DNA of 64,000 bases from Candidatus Eiseniibacteriota bacterium (GTDB lineage Bacteria > Eisenbacteria > RBG-16-71-46 > CAZEPH01), in NCBI GenBank assembly GCA_044229145.1, contig JBGATO010000002.1, positions 1 to 64,000 on the forward strand. Reading direction: 5' to 3'. The notes under the pieces were generated by a model that was given only the letters and a program-made list of their open reading frames with translations, was not told the origin of the DNA and searched no databases. The translations under genes were made by a program, and so were the position numbers. The stretch's first letter is position 1. The number at the start of each line of letters is the position of its first letter. Below, piece after piece: positions 22,711 through 30,149 of the stretch.

Positions 22711-23433
22711 ATGGCCGCTCTCAAGACCGCCCTCGTCGGATTGTGGTTCCTCGCCGTCTGCGCGCTCGCCGTCGTCATGGCGCCGTTTCGCTGGGGCGAC
22801 CGCCGGCTCAACCGCGACGTCGCCCGCTCGCTCTCGTGGGGCATGCTGCGCCTGGCCGGTGTGCGTCTGCACGTCGACGGCCGCGAGCACCTCGACCCGG
22901 CGGTGCCGAGCATCGTCGCCTTCAACCACCAGAGCGCGTTCGACGTCGCGACCTTCGGCTCCCTGGCGCACGAGCGGTCGGTGGTGATCGGCAAGAAGCA
23001 GCTCGCCTACATCCCGTTCTTCAACGTGCTGTTCCTCGCCGCCGGCAACGTGATGATCGACCGCAAGAACCGCGACAGCGCGATCTCCGGGCTCGACGGC
23101 GCGGTGGCGGCGTTGCGCCGCCACGGCGTGTCGATTTGGATCGCACCCGAGGGCACCCGCAACCCCGACGGCCACGGCCTGCTGCCGTTCAAGAAGGGCG
23201 CCTTCCACATGGCGATTGCCGCGCAGGTGCCGGTGGTGCCGATCGTCTGCGCGCCGCTGCTCCCGCTCATCGACTGGAAGCGCCGGATTTTCGGCCCCGG
23301 CGACCTGCCCATGCGTATCCTGCCGCCGATCTCCACCGCCGGCCTCACCGGGGACGACGTCGACGCGCTCAGCGACCGCGTGCGGGCGGCGATGTTGGAG
23401 GCGTTGGAGGGCCTGCGCGCCACCCGCGGCTGA
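22711..23433 (+). CDS. plsC: 1-acyl-sn-glycerol-3-phosphate acyltransferase
   Basis: NHQSAFD, IDR, APEGTR, FKKGAF. Confidence 0.88.
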   Translation: MAALKTALVGLWFLAVCALAVVMAPFRWGDRRLNRDVARSLSWGMLRLAGVRLHVDGREHLDPAVPSIVAFNHQSAFDVATFGSLAHERSVVIGKKQLAYIPFFNVLFLAAGNVMIDRKNRDSAISGLDGAVAALRRHGVSIWIAPEGTRNPDGHGLLPFKKGAFHMAIAAQVPVVPIVCAPLLPLIDWKRRIFGPGDLPMRILPPISTAGLTGDDVDALSDRVRAAMLEALEGLRATRG

Positions 23434-23450
23434 GGCGGGTCCGCCGCGGC

Positions 23451-23488
23451 AAAGACGAAAGGGAGTGCGTCGCCGCACTCCCTCCGTC
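23451..23488 (-). terminator. Intrinsic terminator between convergent genes
   Basis: Minus strand GACGGAGGGAGTGCG-GCGA-CGCACTCCCTTTCGTC then TTT. Confidence 0.7.
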
Positions 23489-23532
23489 ATCCGACACACG
23501 ATCGACGCATCGGCCGTGTGAGGGGTGGATGA

Positions 23533-25953
23533 CTACCTCACGACCATGATGCGTGTCGTCCGCCGCAGACTTCCCGCGGACACGTCACAGACGTACAGGC
23601 CGGCAGGTACCGCGCGGCCGTGTCCATCGCGGAGATCCCAGGCGACTGTGTGCACGCCTGCGGTCAGATCGGCCGTGTCGAGGCGGCGCACCAGGCGACC
23701 GGACAAGTCGTGCACCCGCACCGCGACGGACGCGGGCTGACCAAGGGTAATGGCCAAGCGAGCCGTTGCGCGCACCGGCGTCGTCGCCTGGACGCGGAAC
23801 CCGAGGGCTGCGGTTTCCTCCGACGGTCCGATACCAGTCGTGCCGTCGTACGGGATATGCAACTCGATCCAATCCACACCCAGCCAGTAGAGATTCGCCG
23901 GGCACAGATCAGACGTGTTCGTCAGAGTGATCGTGTTCGCGCGCGCCAGCGCGGGCACCGGGAAGTCGTGGGTCGACCACTGCGAGTAGTTCATGCACTG
24001 ATTCAGCGGCATCCCGTGTTCCACGTTCGCGCTGCCCAAATACGTCGTCGTGCCATTGATGGCCGCCATGAGCGTGTAGGCGCTGACCGGCGGAGAATTC
24101 AGCGATTGGTTGTCCGCGAGCAGCGACGCGCGGAAGAACGCGTTGCTCACCATGGCCGGGTTGATGTCGTCTGGCACCGTGAACGACCAGGACCGCGCCC
24201 CGTGCGAGTAGAGAATGTCGGCTGCGCCATCGCCCTGCCCGTAGCACGGGTAGCCGTCGAGTTCCTGCCGTAGGATCAGCTCGTGCGGCGCGAAGCTCAG
24301 GGCACTCGCGGGGTCGGAACCGAGAGAGGGGCTCGTGCATAGCGACGTCGGGATGTGCAATTCGATCCAGTCGACGCCGAGCCAATAGAGATTCGCCGGA
24401 CACAGATCCGAGGTGTTGGTGAGGGTCACGATGTTGCTCGCCAAGAGGGTGGTGAGCGGGAAGTCGTGAGTCGACCACTGCGTGTAGTTCATGCACGCGT
24501 TGAGCGGCAGACCGTGCTCCACGTTTGCCGGACCCGCGAAGGCACTGACGCCATTGAGACTCACGTCGAGGGTGTAGGCACTCGTCGGCGGCGAGTTGAG
24601 GGATTGATTGTCCGCCAGCAGCGAGACGCGGACGTACGCGCCCGTGACGCTGCCGACATCGATCCCTGCCGGGACGTCGAGGGTCCAGCTGTGCGCCGCG
24701 TGCGAGTACAGGATGTCCGCCGCGCCGTCGACCATGCCGTAGCACCCGTAGCCGTTGAGTTCGGTGCGCACGATGGTCTCTCCGCCGCCCTGGACCACGG
24801 TGGCCGGTGGCGAGGACGTCACCGGAGCGGCGGTGCACGCGGGCGTGGGCAGGTGCAATTCGATCCAGTCGACGCCGAGCCAATACAGGTTGGCCGGGCA
24901 GAGATCAGACGTGTTGGTCAATGTGAGCGTGTTGGTGCCGAGCAGCGTGGCGATGGGGAAGTCCTGTGCGGCCCATTGCGTGTAATTCATGCACGCATTC
25001 AGAGGCGTGCCATGTTGGACGTTCGCCGGCCCGGAGTAGGCAGTTGCGTCGTTGATCGCGACTGCCATCATGTACGAGGTCGTGGGCGGCGAATTGGACG
25101 ACTGATTGTCGGCAAGCAGCGACACGCGGAAGAAGGCGCCTTCGACATTTGCCGGCGCGAAACCCGCCGGGAGATCCAGCGACCACGCCTGGCTGCCGTG
25201 CGAGTAGACGATGTCGGCTGCTCCGTCCTCCTGCCCGTAGCACGGGTAGGCATTGAGTTGCTTGCGCACTACCGTCTCGCTCGGGCTCGAGGTGATCGTC
25301 ACCGAGGGGTCGGACCCCAGCGACGGGTGCGCGCAGGGGGGTGTGGGGATGTGGAGTTCGATCCAGTCGACGCCGAGCCAGTAGAGATTGGCCGGACACA
25401 ACTCCGAGGTGTTGGTGAGCGACACCACGTTGCTGGCCTGCAGCGTGGTGAGAGGGAAGTCGTGCGTCGTCCACTGCGTGTAGTTCATACACGCGTTGAG
25501 CGGCATCCCGTGCGCGACGTCCGCTGCTCCAGAGAAGACGGTGGATCCGTTGAGAGCCACATCCAAGGTGTAGGCGCTCACCGGAGGCGAGTTCAGCGAC
25601 TGATTGTCGGCGAGGAGGGAAACGCGGACGAAGGCTCCCGTGATGCTACCGGCATCGATCCCCGCCGGCGTGTCAAAGGTCCAGCCGTGGGAGGCGTGCG
25701 AATAGAGGATGTCGGCGGCGCCATCGGTCAGGCCGTAACACGGGAAGGCGTGCAACTCCTTCCGCACGACAGTTTCCGACGGGCTCGTGGTGACGATTGC
25801 CGTGGGGTCCGAAACCAGTGGTGGAGACGTGCACAGTGCGGTGTTCCACGACGCGCGCGAAGCGGCATGGGCAGGGAACACGACGGACAGCGCACAGGTG
25901 GCAAGGGTCGCCAGGGCGAGGGCGAAAGGTGCTCGTGAGCGAAGACCGCTCAT
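23533..25953 (-). CDS. Secreted protein with four tandem 166-aa repeats and an FlgD-like C-terminal domain
   Basis: GGGAGGA RBS; signal peptide AHA-A; 4x CYG..DGAADI.YSH / SLLADNQS.NSPP / CMNY.QW / LCPANLYWLGVDWIELH; HDLSGRLVR...WDLRD...GLY. Confidence 0.88.
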   Translation of the reverse strand: MSGLRSRAPFALALATLATCALSVVFPAHAASRASWNTALCTSPPLVSDPTAIVTTSPSETVVRKELHAFPCYGLTDGAADILYSHASHGWTFDTPAGIDAGSITGAFVRVSLLADNQSLNSPPVSAYTLDVALNGSTVFSGAADVAHGMPLNACMNYTQWTTHDFPLTTLQASNVVSLTNTSELCPANLYWLGVDWIELHIPTPPCAHPSLGSDPSVTITSSPSETVVRKQLNAYPCYGQEDGAADIVYSHGSQAWSLDLPAGFAPANVEGAFFRVSLLADNQSSNSPPTTSYMMAVAINDATAYSGPANVQHGTPLNACMNYTQWAAQDFPIATLLGTNTLTLTNTSDLCPANLYWLGVDWIELHLPTPACTAAPVTSSPPATVVQGGGETIVRTELNGYGCYGMVDGAADILYSHAAHSWTLDVPAGIDVGSVTGAYVRVSLLADNQSLNSPPTSAYTLDVSLNGVSAFAGPANVEHGLPLNACMNYTQWSTHDFPLTTLLASNIVTLTNTSDLCPANLYWLGVDWIELHIPTSLCTSPSLGSDPASALSFAPHELILRQELDGYPCYGQGDGAADILYSHGARSWSFTVPDDINPAMVSNAFFRASLLADNQSLNSPPVSAYTLMAAINGTTTYLGSANVEHGMPLNQCMNYSQWSTHDFPVPALARANTITLTNTSDLCPANLYWLGVDWIELHIPYDGTTGIGPSEETAALGFRVQATTPVRATARLAITLGQPASVAVRVHDLSGRLVRRLDTADLTAGVHTVAWDLRDGHGRAVPAGLYVCDVSAGSLRRTTRIMVVR
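23850..25835 (-). repeat. Four intragenic tandem repeats with a 498-bp period
   Basis: The plus-strand TCGATCCA (WIE codons) starts at 23864, 24362, 24860 and 25358. Confidence 0.92.
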
Positions 25954-26070
25954 AGAATCCTCCCTGAAAAAGGGTAGTGCAGTCGTGCGAGCGCGCTCCG
26001 TCGACGGACGCTGATCCAGCACCGGGCTGCGTGGCGCTCGAGGGTGTGACGCGTTGCGACTGCACCTATG

Positions 26071-26086
26071 GCAAGAGCGAAGCCAA
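26071..26086 (-). promoter_or_regulatory. Sigma54 (-24/-12) promoter facing the four-repeat gene
   Basis: Minus strand TTGGCTTCGCTCTTGC has exact GG-N10-GC spacing with TGGC and TTGC. Confidence 0.65.
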
Positions 26087-26464
26087 TGCGCCGGTGTGCG
26101 GTCCGGGCCGCACGCGAGGTTGTCGTGCGGACGCGAAAGCGTTGTGCGCACAACGAGTTGGGGAAAGACGCCGCACGGTGGGCGGCGCGTGGCCGGCGAG
26201 GGAGACGCAGGCGCGAACTCGTGTGCGCGGCTGTCGTCTGAAATCTGAACCGGAGAGGGATCGAAATCCGGAAGACGTGCACGCGATGTCGTCGGACACA
26301 CGCGCGTTCATTCTACTTGCGTCCCGTTCCGTGCAGATTACTGCCCTCGCATACTTTCCCCTTCCACGACCTGCCGCACTGGACGGCGCGCGTCGGGGGA
26401 AGCAACGCGGCTGGCGACTCCGCTCGTCCCGCCTACTCCCAGTTGCGAACCGGAGCGTCCCGCC

Positions 26465-28480
26465 ATGGGCGTATCTGCCATACTGCACCTCCTCCGAGAC
26501 GGATGGCGCGCGCCGCAGCAGTCCCTCACCGTGGAGCAGGTCCGCAGCGAACTTTCACATGAGTGCGCCGCCAAGATCGGCCGCATGCTCGCCATATTGC
26601 GCGCCTGGGAAGGCTGCGACCTCCACGACTCCGATCGCGAGCAATTCGCGCAACTGATCGCCAGCGTGCAGATGATTCATCTCCGGTATGCGCGCATCGC
26701 CCTGCGCCACCCGCGTGCGGTGCGGCCGTACGTCGCCTCACTTGCGACGTGCCGCAGGCTCCGACGGCAACTCGAGGCGACGGCAGCCGCGCCCCTCCCC
26801 AGCGGCGTTCTCGTGCGGTCCATGATTGCGACTGTCGATGCGCTCCGGTCGCACGCGCAGGCCGTGGCGCACGAGATCACGCGCGCGCACGGCGTGCCCT
26901 TGCGCGACGTCGTCGCGGACGCCGTCATCGCTCTCAAGAGCGAGTACCCGCATGAACCGGCGATTGTATTCCACGCGGAGGAGAACAGCGGCCGGATGCT
27001 AGTGGCGCGCGAGGACGCGCGCCGGTGGGGCGACGTCCTGATCAATTTGATGCGGAACGCGGCGGAGGCCGTCAGAGAGCGCATGGCCGCGCCGGAACCG
27101 TCCGCGACCGACACGGGTGTCGGTGTCGCGATCGAACTGCGGCGACACACGGCGGCCGCAGGAGCCGTCCTCGAGATCACGGACTCCGGCCTCGGCATGC
27201 GCGCAGAACAAGTGCCCACGATGTGGTGCGCCGGGACGTCGCGGCACGGCCAGAGTCGTGGGCAGGGGTTGACGGAGGAGAAGCACGCGTTCGTCGTCGA
27301 ACGGGCGGCGCTGTCGGTGCGCCCCTCGCGCGGGGTTGGAACATCGATTCGTCTCGAGATCGTGCCCCGCGATATCGCCGTCGATGAGCCGCTGCGGGCG
27401 TCTTCGCGGCGGTCGCGCGCGCTCCTCTGGATCGTCACGTGCGCGAGCCTTGCGGCGATGGGGATCGTCACCTGGGGGCACACGTGGGGACCGGTCGACA
27501 TCGTGCGGGTGGTGTCGGAGGGCGATGATCTACGCGCGCTGGGCCGCAACTCCCGCGAACTGTGGAGAGCGACGCTCGGTGGCCCCATGCTGCGCAATGA
27601 TCGCGCCCGGCGGCAGGACATCGCGCACGATTCGTCGCTCGTCGACGACCCTCTCGTGATTCGCGACGACAAGGGACGCGGTGTGGGGGTGATCTTGGCC
27701 ACCGGCACGGGCAGCGCCCCCGCGGAGCTGTATCGGCTCTCACAACGCGGGCGGACGCTCTGGCGCCGGACTCTCGCGTGGGAGCCGCCCGACGCTCCGG
27801 GCATCGTGCCGCTGACCGCCGTGGCCGAGATGCCTCTCCGCTGGGGACGAGAGGGCGGGGCAGACGCCATCGCCGTCAACGTCCGCCGCGGCTACGGGGC
27901 CTCGACCGCGATCGAGTTCTTCTCCTGGGAGGGCGAGTCGCTGGCCGCCTACTATCACCCCGGGACCTTGGAGTACGAAGCCACCGGCGATCTCGACGGC
28001 GACGGCGCGGAAGAACTCTTGTTGAGCGGCAAGAACAACGATGCGCCCGAGGCTCTCGGATACCGCGATGCGCACGCGGACTTCCACCCGGATTGTCTCG
28101 TCCTGCTGGGCAACGGCCGCGTGAATGGGCAAGCGTTTCCCTACCAGCGGTGGTCGCGGCTAGGGCCGTCGGCGGAGGAAGGTTATCTGGTGATTCCGCC
28201 GCTCACGCGCGCGCAAGTCGAGACCAGCAGGAACGTCGCAGGATTCCACCCCAAGGTCGTGCGCGTGCAGGCGATGCCGCCGTCGGCGCAGTCGGCCGGC
28301 GGCATCCAGGTGACCATCGACGACGGGCGCATCTATCTGTGCGATTCGCATCTTCGTCCCCTGCGTTGTACCACGGGCGACAACACGTACGCGCGGCGCC
28401 TCCGTCCGGCCCAGCCGCTCGCGCCGTGCGTCTATGTCCAGAGGGGCCGGGTCGAAAAGCTTGCGGTGGAGGTGCAATAG
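26465..28480 (+). CDS. Atypical sensor histidine kinase: N-terminal kinase core, one TM, C-terminal extracytoplasmic domain
   Basis: H-box-like ELSHE; N box LINLMRNAAEA; G1 ITDSGLGM; G2 RGQGL; TM ALLWIVTCASLAAMGIVTWG; FG-GAP-like GDLDGDGAEELL. Confidence 0.75.
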   Translation: MGVSAILHLLRDGWRAPQQSLTVEQVRSELSHECAAKIGRMLAILRAWEGCDLHDSDREQFAQLIASVQMIHLRYARIALRHPRAVRPYVASLATCRRLRRQLEATAAAPLPSGVLVRSMIATVDALRSHAQAVAHEITRAHGVPLRDVVADAVIALKSEYPHEPAIVFHAEENSGRMLVAREDARRWGDVLINLMRNAAEAVRERMAAPEPSATDTGVGVAIELRRHTAAAGAVLEITDSGLGMRAEQVPTMWCAGTSRHGQSRGQGLTEEKHAFVVERAALSVRPSRGVGTSIRLEIVPRDIAVDEPLRASSRRSRALLWIVTCASLAAMGIVTWGHTWGPVDIVRVVSEGDDLRALGRNSRELWRATLGGPMLRNDRARRQDIAHDSSLVDDPLVIRDDKGRGVGVILATGTGSAPAELYRLSQRGRTLWRRTLAWEPPDAPGIVPLTAVAEMPLRWGREGGADAIAVNVRRGYGASTAIEFFSWEGESLAAYYHPGTLEYEATGDLDGDGAEELLLSGKNNDAPEALGYRDAHADFHPDCLVLLGNGRVNGQAFPYQRWSRLGPSAEEGYLVIPPLTRAQVETSRNVAGFHPKVVRVQAMPPSAQSAGGIQVTIDDGRIYLCDSHLRPLRCTTGDNTYARRLRPAQPLAPCVYVQRGRVEKLAVEVQ

Positions 28481-28485
28481 GGCCG

Positions 28486-29979
28486 ATGCCGGCGCACGAG
28501 CGACCACGCATTCTCATCGTCGACGACCGGACCGATCTCGCGGAGTTTTGCGCGCGGTTCCTTGCCGACGCGTTCGACTTTGACCACGTGCTGTCAGGCG
28601 CGGAGGCGCTTGCGCGGCTGGAGACCGACACGATTGCCGGCGTCCTCCTCGACCGCGACTTCTCCCACCTCGCACCGGACCACTTGCTCGGACCGGTCGA
28701 GGATGTACGGAACGAGGGACTGACGATCCTGCGGGCGATGCGCGCGCGGCATGCGCAACTTCCCATCGTGATGGTGACCGGCCTGCGCGAACTCTCTGCT
28801 GCCCTCGCCGCCACGGACTACCGCGCAGACTTTCTGGCTTGGGAGGACGTCGCCGGCAACCCCACGGTGCTGCGGGCCCGATTGACGCGGGCGGTGGAAG
28901 CCGCGCGCGGCGAAGGCGAGGAAATCTGCGCCGCCTTCCGTGGAGTCGGCATCGCCGCGCACTCGCCAGCGATGCGGGAGACGCTGGCGGTGGCGGGGAT
29001 GGCATTGCCGGGGCACGCCCCAATCCTCCTGCTCGGCGAGACCGGCACTGGCAAGGACACACTGGCGTACGCCCTCCACGCGCTCACCGGCGATCCCCTG
29101 CGGCCCTTCGTGTCGGTGAACGTGGCCGCGCTCAATCCGGCCCTGATCGAAAGCGAACTGTTCGGCCACGCGCGGGGCGCGTTCACCGGCGCGGATCGTG
29201 CGACCCTCGGCAAGATCCGGCACGCGGACGGCGGGACGCTCTTCCTCAACGAGGTCGGAGAACTCAGCGGAGAATTGCAGGCGAAGCTGCTGACCGTGCT
29301 CGAGCGGCACGAAGTAGTGCCGGTCGGCGAAGTCCGCAGCTACCGCGCGGAATTTCGCCTCATGACCGCCACCTCACGAGACCACCGCATCGCGTGGCAC
29401 ACGATCGACATTCCGCCGCTGCGGGCGCGGCGCGAGGACATTCCCGATCTCGTCGGGACGTTCCTGCAATCGTCGACTGCCCTGCGTGACGGGCTCGTGT
29501 TCGGGATCGCGCGGGAAGCCGTCGAGTATCTGTCCGGGCTGGCTTGGCCGGGGAATGTCCGCCAGCTCCGTGGCGTCATCGAGGCTGCGTCGGCCCGCGC
29601 GCTGTCGATGCTCACGATCGCCGATGTCCGGGATGTGGTCCGCCGGCAGGAGGAGTTGGGCGTGGGAACGGCAGGCTCCGCCCCGCCCGCGCAAGCCACG
29701 CCGACGGATCGCGAGGACGCGATTGCCGCCGCCTGCCGCGCGACCGCGACCGGCGACGGGCTCCGCGCGGCCGCGGAACGGCAGGTCTTCGACCAGGTGA
29801 CCTACCGCGAGTTGACGGGGGCGTACTTCGCCTACCTGATGCGACGGCACGACGGGAGGCTGCCGGAGATCGCCCGGGCCGCAGGGATCGCCAAAGCGAC
29901 GGCGTACGAGTGGCGCGACCGCTATGCCGGTCCAACGCCGGCCGCCGTGCCCGGTGGGGTCTGTGCCCCGGAATCCTGA
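28486..29979 (+). CDS. NtrC-like sigma54 response regulator with degenerate AAA+ motifs
   Basis: Receiver IVDD/LLD/VTG; GETGTGKD; ELFGHARGAFTGA; LFLNE; WPGNVRQL; C-terminal HTH. Confidence 0.85.
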   Translation: MPAHERPRILIVDDRTDLAEFCARFLADAFDFDHVLSGAEALARLETDTIAGVLLDRDFSHLAPDHLLGPVEDVRNEGLTILRAMRARHAQLPIVMVTGLRELSAALAATDYRADFLAWEDVAGNPTVLRARLTRAVEAARGEGEEICAAFRGVGIAAHSPAMRETLAVAGMALPGHAPILLLGETGTGKDTLAYALHALTGDPLRPFVSVNVAALNPALIESELFGHARGAFTGADRATLGKIRHADGGTLFLNEVGELSGELQAKLLTVLERHEVVPVGEVRSYRAEFRLMTATSRDHRIAWHTIDIPPLRARREDIPDLVGTFLQSSTALRDGLVFGIAREAVEYLSGLAWPGNVRQLRGVIEAASARALSMLTIADVRDVVRRQEELGVGTAGSAPPAQATPTDREDAIAAACRATATGDGLRAAAERQVFDQVTYRELTGAYFAYLMRRHDGRLPEIARAAGIAKATAYEWRDRYAGPTPAAVPGGVCAPES

Positions 29980-30149
29980 CGAACCCGGGTTTGCGGGGCG
30001 AGACAGGACCGCCGCCCCTGCGTGCTTGACGGGCACCGCCCCGTGGGGGAAGGTTCCCTATTGGCGCCCCCCGCCTTCGGCTGCCGCGCCCCGATCCGCG
30101 CCGCCATCGTTCGCCCGTCCCACCCATCCACTGCATGAGGAAATGCCAC

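Noticed and set aside
23850..25835. Regular 498-bp repeats as a CRISPR array or DGR template/variable repeat
   Set aside because: They are in-frame protein domains with mostly synonymous differences. There is no repeat-spacer pattern, no adenine-specific pattern that I could see, and no cas or reverse transcriptase gene in the window.
25977..26065. 9-bp inverted repeat GTGCAGTCG / CGACTGCAC upstream of the four-repeat gene
   Set aside because: Short, and one arm straddles the predicted TSS, so it is unlikely to form an RNA stem; could be chance.
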